Shown here one piece after another: positions 14,201 through 26,711 of a DNA stretch of 64,000 nucleotides. Source of the DNA: Antedon mediterranea. Taxonomy: Eukaryota > Animalia > Echinodermata. Where the stretch lies: positions 10,636,948 through 10,700,947 of the forward strand of contig NC_092673.1 in NCBI RefSeq assembly GCF_964355755.1. The letters are read 5' to 3'. Every line of letters begins with the position of its first letter. The first letter of the stretch is position 1. Position numbers and translations under genes: made by a program. The notes below the pieces were generated by a model. It saw only the letters and a program-made list of their open reading frames with translations, made no database searches and had not been told where the DNA came from.

Positions 14201-17200
14201 TTTTGAGCATTTCGACAAAACTTTTTCACACAAAATATAAAATTGTACAAAATAGCTTCAAATCGCATTTGGAGACGTTTTAGACCATTTTTGAGCATTT
14301 CGATAAAACTTTTCACACAAAAACATAAAAGTGCAAAAAATAGCTTAATATCGTATTTGGAAACGTTTTAGACCATTTTGAACATTTCGACAAAACTTTT
14401 TCACACAAAACATCAAATTGTACAACATAGCTTCAAATCGCATTTGGAGACGTTTTAGACCATTTTGAGCATTTCAATAAAACTTTTCACACTAAAACAT
14501 CAAAGTGCACAAAATAGATTAATATCGTATTTAGAAACGTTTTAGACCATTTTGAGCATTTCGACAAAACTTTTTCACACAAAATATAAAATTGTACAAA
14601 ATTGCTTCAAATCGAATTTGGAGTTGTTTTAGACAATTTTGAGCATTTCGATAAAACTTAATCAAACAAAACATCAAAATGTACAAAATATCTTCAAATC
14701 TCATTTAGAGACGTTTTAGACCATTTTGTGCATTTCGATAAAACTTTTCACACTAAAACATCAAAGTGCACAAAATAGATTAATATCGTATTTAGAAACG
14801 TTTTAGACCATTTTGAGCATTTCGACAAAACTTTTTCACACAAAATATAAAATTGTTCAAAATAGCTTCAAATCGAATTTGGAGTTGTTTTAGACAATTT
14901 TGAGCATTTCGATAAAACTTAATCAAACAAAACATCAAAATGTACAAAATATCTTCAAATCTCATTTAGAGACGTTTTAGACCATTTTGTGCATTTCGAT
15001 AAAACTTTTCACACTAAAACATCAAAGTCCACAAAATAGCTTAATATCGTATTTGGAAACGTTTTAGACCATTTTGAACATTTTGACAAAACTTTTTCAC
15101 ACAAAACATCAAATTGTACAAAATAACTTCAAATCGCATTTGGAGACGTTTTAGACAATTTTTTTAGCATTTCAATAAAACTTTTCACACTAAAACATCA
15201 AAGTGCACAAAATAGATTAATATCGTATTTAGAAACGTTTTAGACCATTTTGAGCATTTCGAAAAAACTTTTTCACACAAAATATAAAATTGTACAAAAT
15301 AGCTTCAAATCGAATTTGGAAATGTTTTAGACAATTTTGAGCATTTCGATAACACTTTTTCAAACAAAACATCAAAATGTACAAAATATCTTCAAATCTC
15401 ATTTAGAGACGTTTTATACCATTTTGTGCATTTCGATGAAACTTGGTTACACAAAAACATCAAAGTGCTTAAAATCACATTTGAAACCATTTTAGACCAT
15501 TTTGAGCATTTCGACAAAACTTTTTCACACAAAACATCAAAATGTACAATTTAGCTTCAAATCGCATTTGATGACGTTTTTGACCATTTTGTGCATTTCG
15601 ATGAAACTTGGTTACACAAAAACATCAAAGTGTTTTAAATCACATTTGAAACCGTTTTAGATCATTTTGAGCATTTCGACAAAACTTTTTCACACAAAAT
15701 ATCAAATTGTACAAAATAACTTCAAATCGCATTTGGAGACGTTTTAGACCATTTTGAGCATTTCAATAAAACTTTTCACACTAAAACATCAAAGTGCACA
15801 AAATAGATTAATATCGTATTTAGAAACGTTTTAGACCATTTATCTCTATTGAAATAGCTTCAAATCGAATTTGGAGTTTTTTTAGACAATTTTGAACATT
15901 TCGATCAAACTTTTTCAAACAAAACATCAACATGTACAAAATATTTTCAAATATCATTTACAGACGTTTTAGACCATTTTGTGCATTTCGATGAAACTTG
16001 GTTACACAAAAACATCAAAGTCCATTTTGAGCATTTCGATAAAACTTTTCACACAAAAACATCAAAGTGCAAAAATCGCTTAGTATCGTATTTGGAAACG
16101 TTTTAGACCATTTTGAACATTTCGACAAAACTTTTTCACACAAAACATGAAATTGTACAAAATAACTTCAAATGGCATTTGGAGACGTTTTAGATCATTT
16201 TGAGCATTTCGACAAAACTTTTTCACACAAAATATCAAATTGTACAAAATAACTTCAAATCGCATTTAGAGACGTTTTAGACCATTTTGAGCATTTCAAT
16301 CAAACTTTTCACACTAAAACATCAAAGTGCACAAAATAGATTAATATCGTATTTAGAAAGGTTTTAGACCATTTTGAGCATTTCGAAAAAAACATTTTCA
16401 CACAAAATATAAAATTGTACAAAATAGCTTCAAATCGAATTTGGAAATGTTTTAGACAATTTTGAGCATTTCGATAACACTTTTCAAACAAAACATCAAA
16501 ATGTACAAAATATCTTCAAATCTCATTTAGAGACGTTTTAGACCATTTTGTGCATTTCGATTAAACTTGGTTACACAAAAACATCAAAGTGCTTAAAATC
16601 ACATTTGAAACCATTTTTGACCATTTTGAGCATTTCGATAAAACTGTTCACACAAAAACATCAAAGTGTACAAAATAACTTCAAATCGCATTTAGAGACG
16701 TTTTAGACCATTTTGAGCATTTCAATGAAACTTTTCACACTAAAACATCAAAGTGTACAAAATAGCTTAATATCGTATTTGGAAACGTTTTAGACCATTT
16801 TGAACATTTCGACAAATCTTTTTCACACAAAACATCAAATTGTACAACATAACTTCAAATCGCATTTGGAGACGTTTTAAACCATTTTGAGCATTTCATT
16901 AAAACTTTTCACACTAAGACTTCAAAGTGCACAAAATAGCTTAACATCGTATTTGGAAACGTTTTAGACAATTTTGAACATTTCGACAAAACTTTTTCAC
17001 ACAAAACATCAAATTGTACAAAATAGCTTCAAATCGCATTTGGAGACGTTTTAGACCATTTTGAGCATTTCAATGAAACTTTTCACACTGAAACATCAAA
17101 GTGCACAAAATAGATTAATATCGTATTTAGAAACGTTTTAGACCATTATGAGCATTTCGATAAAACTTTTTCACGCAAAACATCAAAATGTAGAAAATAG

Positions 17201-18148
17201 CTTAAAATCACATTTGAAACCGTTTTAGACCATTTTGAGCATTTCGATAAAACTTTTCACACAAAAACATCAAAGGGCACAAAATAGCTTAACATCGTAT
17301 TTGGAAACGTTTTAGACCATTTTGAGCATTTCGATAAAACTTTTTCACACAAAACATCAAATTGTACGAAATAGCTTCAAATCGTATTTGGAGACGTTTA
17401 AACGTCAAATTGTACAAATTAGCTTCAAATCGCATTTGGACACGTTTTAGACCATTTTGAGTATTTCGACAAAACTTTTTTACACAAAACATCAAATTGT
17501 CATTACCAGTCTAAGCCTGGCTAACCGTTAGCTTTTAGTACCCCGGCTAGCCCAGGTAGTAGTTGTGTCTTTTTAATTAGGCTGACCATGAGTAATCATT
17601 TTACCATGATATATTAGGTGCAATCACCACCACCGAAAGGCTATTCACTATGCATCAGTAAACACAAGAAATTTGAGAACGCCTCTTTCTCTCAGTGATT
17701 AGATTGTTATTGAGCGCGAAATGTAGTAGGGCATTACAATATACTTATACTATTCCTTCTGTGTGAATTGTTATATTCCACTTTTAATAAAAATGTACAA
17801 TACACCAGAATAAGAAATCTCGCCAGTCCAGGCCAGTGTTATATAGCAACGTAAAATCAAAACGTTTAAATCGGAAAGCAATGAATATTTGTCTCACCCA
17901 CGTTTGGAATATGTATGTCATGTGACCAACCACCAGGCTATCCAACCAATCATGGTATAATTAGCAGGATAGGTACAGTATTGCTTTAATAGTAAGGCAG
18001 CTCTTAATATTGTACCATTCTCAAACACTTCACAATCGGAGAATCCGACTCCCACATTATTTAATCTAATTATTTTCTTTTATTTCAAAGTTAAAGATAA
18101 TAATGTAGTCCCGGTTTATATAATCTTAATCAATCCATTAGTTTAAAC

Positions 18149-18732
18149 ATGGCACTGCAACACACTGGGCATCTTCGATGGCCAATAGATAATATCCCTT
18201 GCATCGAAAGGAATGGTGTTGTATACTTAGAAGTTAGGGAATCGTTTCAATTCCTTGGAATATGGCGTAGAAAAGAAAAGTATGGGTACGGACAAATTGA
18301 TAAATTTATGAATGAGAACGGAATTGTTGTGAGAAATGAAATACTGACCAGCAATACTGGCAAAAGAACACATATAAGAAAAAAACAAACCTATACAGAC
18401 ATTCAAGAATATACACAAAAAATATTTGAGTTACGAGACTTTCTCCTATTAAAAGCCACTACCGCCGCAGTAAACCAAAGGGTTGTTATTGACGAAGATG
18501 ACCCTATTATTATTAATCAAAACACAAGGCAAAAAAAGTCCACTTCCAATCTAGTAAGTGCCCTGGACAGAGCACCTGGAGAGAATGGGTATTTGCAACC
18601 CAAAAGTCCATCCCAAAAGCAATCTGTGTGGCGTTTGAATCGTCGAATCGATACGCAGCGAACTGCCTTAAAGAAACTTGCTTCCGATGTTCATGGGGGC
18701 TCAAAGCAAGACCTACTTCAGGGACTGGTTTG
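18149..18732 (+). pseudogene. Transposase exon 1 (N-terminal region)
   Basis: ATG at 18149, open to donor TG|GTATGT at 18732/18733. Splices in frame to exon 2. Confidence 0.65.
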
Positions 18733-18937
18733 GTATGTATCATAACATTGATATTTAAATTCAAATAATAAATTCGTTAGGCGTCACAGTAAGACTCCTC
18801 TAATAATAATATATTTAATAAATTAAGTTCATACCGGTAATAAGCAAAAGTTAACATTTCTAACATAGCAGTATAATTTGCATAATTGAGTACGAACAAA
18901 CCTAAATAATAATTCAACTCATATAAATTAATTATAG

Positions 18938-19075
18938 GGAGTTATCACGACCGGTGCTTGACAACGAGCCTGACGATTGGAATGGTCGTCTCCGTGCAGA
19001 TGATCTTGTGTGGGTGTTAAAACAGACTAAGTCATCGTGTAACAAAGATCCGTCACTTTTTGATGAGATAGTCAG
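18938..19075 (+). pseudogene. Transposase exon 2 (ELSRPVLDNEPDDWNGRLRADDLVWVLKQ...FDEIV)
   Basis: Acceptor ATTATAG|G and donor AG|GTAAA. Stop-free in the phase-2 frame and absent from the ORF track. Confidence 0.65.
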
Positions 19076-19289
19076 GTAAAATACAAAATAGTTTATTTTA
19101 ATAAGATGTAAATTCTTAAGTAATATACTATGTTTTATTCCATAAAGTGCATATTCCGCAATGTCTATATACCCTGCCTATATGCAACTCCTTGATTTAT
19201 AAAAGCTATATTATAATGTACACTAGCGGTCCTTTTTTATATTGTTTACACATAATAGGCTTAACAAGATAGGTTTTGTGTCTTTACAG

Positions 19290-20097
19290 GAAAGCAGCTG
19301 AGGATAAATACTTTTTAAGCGAAGAAAGAGTGCTCCATCTTGAAGACACATGCAATGTATCAGATGCAATTTCAGAACTAAGGAAATTTCTTCCCTGGTA
19401 TGTTAGCTTCTGGATACAAGGTTAAGAAAGTAAAGGAAAAGCATAACAGAAACTTCCGAAACGTTTGGAAACCAATTGAAACAGCTGGAGGCTGGACCTT
19501 AAACGTACAAGCGTTATATGAAACACTTTGTATACGGTACGATTTCCTTGAAACGTTAAGAGGACTCCAGCTATGGCGATTATATATCGACGGGAGAACA
19601 TACGGACGTCGACCAACGACGGTAGTCTCCATATCAAACATAAATGGCATTCAGGAGCTTAAGGGAAACAAAATTCATAGTCCTTCAATGTTTTGGAGAG
19701 TTGGGCTATTTAATTTTGGGGACGATCGATTCAACTTAGAAGCAAATCTGATATCTGGCACAGAATGTATTTACAATAAATGGATACGGTCTCATACAGC
19801 ACAGGGGAATGAAGTCTTTCTCTCTTTTGATGCCAAGTGCCAGGATGCAATAGTTGGCGGCAAGGTGGGTCCATTGACGCAAGATGGGTTCAATATTTAT
19901 ATGTGCTGCACAAAAGAAAGCAACACAAAGTTTGACGCAACGACTGGACTTCGATCAACAATTCCAAAGGCGATCGACCGAGTGCATTCGGAACGTATCT
20001 CTGATATTAAGCTGGAAAATATGGGGATATGCATTGATCATGCGATCACCAGAACTATGGAGTATGAGCTCGAGAAGTTGGTTAATGATGTTCACAA
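19290..20097 (+). pseudogene. Transposase exon 3: RNase H-like core with the first two catalytic Asp candidates
   Basis: Acceptor TCTTTACAG|G and donor AA|GTATTC. Asp codons at 19589-19591 (YIDGR) and 19829-19831 (SFDAK); His at 20039-20041 (CIDHAITR). Frameshift just before 19400. Confidence 0.75.
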
Positions 20098-20327
20098 GTA
20101 TTCATTCTTTACTTGATCCATGGATAGCATATTGTTTCAAACTATTATTTTGTTGCAATTAGGCTATGTAAAACAACAGGGAATTGTAAAATAAGAAATA
20201 CAATACTGTTGAGGGATACAACTGGTTTGGGGACTGTAATATCAAAGAACAGTACCTTGATAACACATTGTTAATACTGTTAAGTGTTATAAACCAAATC
20301 GACAACTGTTTTTTGTTGTATTTATAG

Positions 20328-21081
20328 GAAAACTTCGTTAATTGCTGGAAGAGAGGGCGTCCGATTTCGTTCTGGAAGGTCAAGAAGGCTCGAAGCCAAC
20401 ATTAAAGCCCGAGGTGTACATCGTGACAAAGACGGCGGATTCCACATCCGCTTTGATGAAAATGATAAGCTTCAAAAAATTTCTTTGAACAAGTCGTCAG
20501 CCCAGCTAATTCTGTACCCTGCCGACAAGACCTTTTTTGCATACGAAAATGATTGTCCATTTACAGATATTTTTGACGGAGAATTTTCAAAACAACTTGC
20601 CCGACGATTTGCAAATTTTGTTAAACGTCAACTATCACTTACAAAAGAGTGCATCAATTGATATTTTACCATCTGGCTATGATGTATAAAATTCTACGAC
20701 AATGCCCACGTAGAGAGCGAGATGAAAATCTTGTTGAAAGCATTAATGAAGACGATTATGAGTGAGGCCTCAGCAATGACACCATCAAAGAATACACAAG
20801 GCACGCCGATTTATTTCATCGTCTTCAGGTGTTTCGGTTCGGCAATAAGTTTTCTCCGTACGAGATGAAGTTAATCGATGTTGTACTAATTTTGCTGAAA
20901 TCGCTTCCGTTTCACAGTTTGATGCCTTTGTCGACTGAAGGGGGTGAACGTTCACATTATGTCGACATGTGTCATTTTTATCAGCACACGATGCGTGGTG
21001 GTGGAAAGGGAAAGGAAGATCCAATACTGAAACTATTTCAGTGGCAGTGGAGAAAACTTGTCCACGAAATATCAGAATGTT
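20328..21081 (+). pseudogene. Transposase exon 4, 5' part: insertion domain and catalytic Glu candidate
   Basis: Acceptor TTTATAG|G. Reads ...RLEANIKARGVHRDKDGGFHIRF...ISLNKSSAQLIL..., frameshift, ...HLAMMYKILRQ...DDYE*GL...FSPYEMKL...STEGGE (Glu at 20946-20948)...WQWRKLVHEISEC. Confidence 0.7.
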
Positions 21082-21294
21082 TTTGATGATGAGGGCGCTC
21101 TGGTCAGGAAACCAAGGTGACAGGCCAAACCAAGCTCTGAGTAAAATAGTTATTTTTACACCATATTTCACTGTAAAACGAGGACTAAGTAAGTAATCCT
21201 GATTTACATAAGGATTCTGAACAAAAAGAAGTTTGTCGTTTGGTATATTACGATAATATACTCAAGTTTAACGTGTAAAATCCAACGTAGCTTA

Positions 21295-22530
21295 ATGGCT
21301 ACATATCAACCGAAATCTCCCGCCGCTTCTACAGAGTCAGCGGGGGCTACGAGCAACCGAGTAAACAAAGCCGGTATGCAAACAACGCAACAACAAGGAG
21401 GTGTGAAGCCGGTGTTTTTAAAAGCAGACCAAATTCCAACCGATAAATCGTTCTTTAGAGATGAAGATCTATGCATTACATTAACAAAAATTATACCCGC
21501 CGATCACATCGTAGGTGTTCAGAAAATCCGGAATCTCTGGAGAATCTATGTCAATGATAGGAAAGACAGAGTGCAACTAATAACGAACGGTATTAACATA
21601 AGAAATTGTAATGTCACAGTGTTCGACATTAATCCATATCTTGCATATAACAAAACGGACAGTACGAGAATCCTCATTAAAGATATTCCGTTGTCTGTAG
21701 CGGACTCCGAGATAGCAAACCGGTTAAAAGCATTGGGTTGCAAACCAGTAAGTGATATAATGAGGCAAAAAATCAGAGTCAACGGACAACTGACAAGTTG
21801 GCTTAATGGTGATAGGGCTGTCTTTGTTGAAAAAATGTCATCCCCCATACCCAGGCAAATCGTTTTAAATGGTTTCAAAGCTCGTGTGTTTCACGAAGGA
21901 CAAGAGATCAAATGTAACAAATGCTTGAAAAATGGACACGAAGCTTATCAATGTAAGGCTAATAGAGTATGCTTTAAATGTCACCAAGAAGGTCATACTA
22001 TGAGCACTTGCAACAATGAAATAGGCCAACAGCAAATATCAGCCAACTCAATGGGATCAACAGGGGCATATATTAACCGTATGTGGGAATCATTTGTGCA
22101 CACTCCAATACCAAAACAAATAACAGATAAAGACTTAAAGATAACAGATAAAGATAAATCACATGATAATGCAAACCCAAATTCAGACACAGAAATAGAT
22201 ATTGATGAAGTGTTCAGCTCACAAGATACTGCAGATGACAGCAGCGGAAGTGAATCTGATGAAGAACAAGAACATGTAAAAGACAAAGATATAATAATTT
22301 TGGACAGTGAGGAAAAGACCATTAGTGAAGCAAGTGAAAGCAAAGAACAGAAGAAGGTAACAGATTTTTTTGTTTCTTCCACTCAAAACTCAAAAAGTAA
22401 CAATGAAAGGAAAGGGGCTACCACTGATGAAAGTAGAACTGAAAAAGATTTAAAGGAAACATCACCAGAAAATCCACCACAGAAAACCAAAAAAAAAATC
22501 AACCTAAGGAAAAGGGTTACAAGGAAGTAA
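21295..22530 (+). CDS. L1/Tx1 ORF1p, gag-like nucleic-acid-binding protein with two CCHC zinc knuckles
   Basis: 411-aa open frame. RRM-like IVGVQKIRNLWRIYV...RILIKDIPLSV; knuckles CNKCLKNGHEAYQC and CFKCHQEGHTMSTC; low-complexity acidic/basic tail. Confidence 0.92.
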   Translation: MATYQPKSPAASTESAGATSNRVNKAGMQTTQQQGGVKPVFLKADQIPTDKSFFRDEDLCITLTKIIPADHIVGVQKIRNLWRIYVNDRKDRVQLITNGINIRNCNVTVFDINPYLAYNKTDSTRILIKDIPLSVADSEIANRLKALGCKPVSDIMRQKIRVNGQLTSWLNGDRAVFVEKMSSPIPRQIVLNGFKARVFHEGQEIKCNKCLKNGHEAYQCKANRVCFKCHQEGHTMSTCNNEIGQQQISANSMGSTGAYINRMWESFVHTPIPKQITDKDLKITDKDKSHDNANPNSDTEIDIDEVFSSQDTADDSSGSESDEEQEHVKDKDIIILDSEEKTISEASESKEQKKVTDFFVSSTQNSKSNNERKGATTDESRTEKDLKETSPENPPQKTKKKINLRKRVTRK

Positions 22531-22650
22531 GTTGCAGAACTACTGTATCATACTGTGCAATATGACTTCAAATGTTTATTATTACAATTTAGTTTTTTTA
22601 TTTAAGATAAATTATAAAGTTTATAAAATGTTTTTATATTTAATAATCAT

Positions 22651-25600
22651 ATGACACCAAACATACACCTTTTATCATTAAATGTTAGAGGATTTAGAGA
22701 AAAACAAAAACAAATTAGTATTTTTAAATGGGTCAAAGACAACAAAGCAGATATCATCTTCATTCAAGAATCACATTTGACAAATGATAAAACCCAGTCA
22801 CTGAATGATATATGGCAAGGTGATTCCTACCACTGCTTTGGCTCATCACACAGTAGAGGAACATCCACATTTATTGCTAGTAAAATTCAACACAGGGTAA
22901 CAAAACAATACAAAGATATTAATGGTAGATTTTTACTTCTAAGAGTTGAAATAGATGACAACTATTTCATTCTTGTCAATTCATATGCCCCAAATTATGT
23001 AAAAGATCGATGTTCTTACTTCAGGACTTTACATAAAACAATTATTGACTTCAAAGAAAGCAAAAATGATAAAATAATTATAGGTGGTGACATGAATTGT
23101 GCTCTAGACAGAAAATTTGACCAAAAAGGTAGTGTCGATAGAGTAGATAATTCTGTTTTTACAATAACACATTTTATGAAAAATCTGAATCTTAATGACA
23201 TCTGGAGAAAAAATAACCCGGATACATGTCAATTCACATGGCGAAGGAAATCCACCCAAACATACAGAAGGTTGGACTATTTTTTTATATCTAACGACTT
23301 ATGTGAATATGTTAACACATGTGATATCAAGCCGTCAATCATGTCTGTAAAGTAAGTTTAACTAATGAAGAAAGAGGCCCAGGATTATGGAAAATGAACA
23401 ATTCTCACTTAGATAATGAAGATTATATAAACAACATCAAAAACATAATAGAAAGAGCTAGATTAGAAGAACTTAACCCAAAGGATAAATGGGAAATGAT
23501 TAAAGTAAAAATAAGGGAATTCTCCATAAAATATGGGAAAATGAAAAATAAAAATAAATGCAAAAGAAAAGAAATACTTCAACAGAAAATTGCTATCATT
23601 AATGATTTAATTATGAAAAAGGATAATACTGATAATAATATCCAGTATGAAACAGAATTAGATCAAAAAAAGAATGAACTTGAGCAAATTTACCTATTGG
23701 AAGCTAAAGGCGCTCAAATTAGGTCAAGAGTAAAGTGGATAGAAGATGGCGAACGAAACACTAAATACTTTCTTGGTTTAGAGAAAAATAATAGTAATAA
23801 AAAACATATTAAAAAATTAAAAAAAACAGGACGGATCCATTATATCAAATTCCACAGAGATATTGAAGGAAGAGGTTAATTTCTTCAAAAAAATATATGC
23901 AAAACAAGATGTTCCTTACAAATCAATTGATAAGTACCTATCTCATGTTAATTTAACTAAACTCACAGAGGCAGAACAAGAGATGTGTGAGGGTCATCTC
24001 TCTCTCTTCGAATGTGAGCAAGCAATAAAGAAAATGAAAAAAAATAAAGCTCCAGGCAGTGACGGTTTAACAGTTGAGTTTTATCAACTCTTCTGGTACC
24101 TTATCTGTGACCTTGTTTGTGATGCACTAAATTATGGTTTTGCCACACAAGAAATGTCTGTGTCACAAAGAAGGGGAATAATCAACCTTATTTACAAAAA
24201 AGGTGATCACAAAGATTTAAATAACTGGCGCCCTATCACTTTACTCAATATTGACTACAAAATAGCTTCTTTTGTTCTTACAACAAGATTACATCGAGTT
24301 GCAAAGTATATAATAAACAATGACCAAAAAGGGTATGTAAAAGGTCGCTTTGGTGGTGACAATATAAGACTAATAGAGGACATAATTACTTACATGGAAA
24401 ATGAACAGCTTGAAGGTATACTTATAAGTTTAGATTTCCAAAAAGCATTTGACAGTGTCAATAGATCATTTTTAATAGAAGCCTTAAATAAATTCAATTT
24501 TGGTATTTCATTTGTGAACTGGGTAAAAGCACTGTATAACAATACAAATTGTATATTCACAAATAATGGTTGGCAATCAGAAAGTTTTGCAATGCACCAA
24601 GGTATTAGACAAGGATGTCCCTTGTCTGCTCTATTGTTTATTTTAGTAGCTGAAGTCCTAGCTACAAAAATAAGAGCATGCGATATGGTCAAAGGCCTGA
24701 TTGTTCCTGCAGGCAATGGTATATTTAAAGATATAAAGATTGCACAGCTAGCAGATGACACTGTGCTTTTTCTAAAGGATATAAATAGTATAGATAACAG
24801 CATAAGTATTATTGAAAAGTTTGGAGAGGTTTCTGGATTAAAATTAAATAAGAATAAAACAAATGCTTTTTGGCTTGGCAGTTTAAGAGACTGCAAGGAC
24901 ACACATGGTAACATTTCTTGGACATCCACACCAATTCGGATATTAGGTATCTATGTTGGACATGATAAGGAATATTGTTATCAAAAGAACTGGAAAGAAA
25001 AAATAGACGCATTAGAAAATACCCTAAAAACATGGGAGAAAAGACACCTCACTTTTTTTGGAAGAATTACTATTGTAAAAACATTAGCGCTTTCAAAAAT
25101 TATATACAATTCCTGCATTTTGCTAGTACCAGAAAAAGTAATAAAAGAGGTGGATAAATTAATTTTTAAATTCATTTGGGAAACTAAGAAAGAGAAAATA
25201 AAAAGAAAAACCATGTGTGCCAATTACAGTCAAGGTGGTCTAAAAATGGTAGAATTCAGATCTCAGGTAATATCTTTCCAAGTTAAATGGTACAGGAGAC
25301 TGTATGAAAACGATGATGCCAAATGGAAATATTTACCTACATTTTATATAGAAAAGATAGGCCCAAAATCATTAACCTCAAATTTATCAAAAGTTCCGTG
25401 TAATATATCCGTACCACCATTTTACCTCTCAGTTATTAAGTCTATAGCAGTAGCTAATGCTTGTAATAATAGATTAAATAAGGAACCAATAAGCTATGAT
25501 GACATTATTAATCAATCATTATGGGGTAATGAGTTTATATGTATTAAAAAGAAGCCGTTATATAACTGTAACTGGATTAGTTCAGGGTTTTTAAAAATAT

Positions 25601-26313
25601 ATGATGTAATAAATAATAATGTGTTTAAGCCTGCGATAGAGATAAAAAGAAGGTTAAGATGTACACAAAATTGGATCAGTGAATATTCATGTATATTGAA
25701 AGCCATTCCAAAAGAATGGAAATGTATTTTAAAATCAACACATGACATTAATGTAAATGATATACCTATTACAAACAATAAGGTCTTAAATATGACGTCT
25801 AGACAATTATATAGATTCATAATAGATGCTCAATATATTACACCTACGGCACAGGTTAAGTGGGAATCCATATTTGGTAATATGCCATGGACAAAAATAT
25901 GGGTTAAGAAAGTTTCTGGTCTTAAAAAAAAAAAACTGGCACATTTTAATTTTAAATTGTTGCACAGAATATTGCCAACAAATGAAAGATTACATAGGTG
26001 GAGACTTGTAAATTCCCCATGTTGTGACACATGCAATGTTATTGAGAATGATAAACATATGTTAGTAGAGTGCATAACAGTAAAATGTTTATGGAGAGAG
26101 ATAAAAGAAATAATTAGAGCAGTAAGCATACATATTCCTGTTTTTTCTTTCAAAAGACTTTTATTTGAAACTGACAATAATTACGTAAATAAATTATACA
26201 CTTTAGGAGCATTTTGTATTTATAAAGTAAAGATATTAAGTTTATTGGAAAAAGAAAAAAAAATCAATCTCCTACAAATGTTTAAATCTGAAAAAAAGAT
26301 AAGAAATATGTAA
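22651..26313 (+). pseudogene. L1/Tx1 ORF2p (AP endonuclease + reverse transcriptase + C-terminal Cys/His finger), frameshifted
   Basis: APE motifs LNVRG, IQESH, YAPN, GGDMN, DIWR, FTW, RLDYFF. RT motifs KAPGSDG, NWRPITLLN, DFQKAFDSV, GIRQGCPLS, LADD. C-terminal CDTC-x8-H-x4-C. A frameshifting deletion at ~23346 removes the expected SDH motif; a +1 frameshift lies in the A8 run at 23819-23826. Confidence 0.93.
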
Positions 26314-26395
26314 ATCTGCAGGTATACTGTATATGCTCAACCAGATTAAGGAAGAAAATATGTAAATGAGATACCATGAATGATGAATCTATTAT

Positions 26396-26430
<35 letters not shown>

Positions 26431-26711
26431 CTACTATACTGTATATTTTGTAAATATGTATACCTTGATGATTTGAAAACAAAAAGACAAAATGTGAAAA
26501 GCTTTTTATAGATTGATGATAAAAAAAATGATGAAGGATAAGAAGGTTTAGGTTTAAGTGGTGAAGTGTTTTCATCAAAGCTTTCATATTATAGGTATAT
26601 ACCGTATATATGTAATTTGCACATTCTTACTGCATGTGGAATTTTGAAATGATAAAATGGTTAAAAAGAAAAAAAAATGTCAAATTTTGTTAATGGATCA
26701 TTAAACACAAA

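Larger units (their letters stand above)
1..17500. repeat. 87-bp AT-rich tandem satellite array with monomer variants and higher-order duplications
   Basis: Approximate consensus AAATAGCTTCAAATCGCATTTGGAGACGTTTTAGACCATTTTGAGCATTTCGATAAAACTTTTTCACACAAAACATCAAATTGTACA. CAAATCG recurs at 11 and 98 (87-bp period). The array ends abruptly mid-monomer at ...ATCAAATTGT (17500). Confidence 0.97.

Noticed and set aside
7825-17495. Minus-strand ORFs of type MRFEAILYNLMFCVKKFCRNAQNGLKR
   Set aside because: Chance open frames of an 87-bp (29-codon) satellite, repeatedly broken by stops and indels.
17501-17560. Helitron terminus
   Set aside because: A hairpin is present, but there is no CTRR end at an A^T target and no Rep/helicase sequence.
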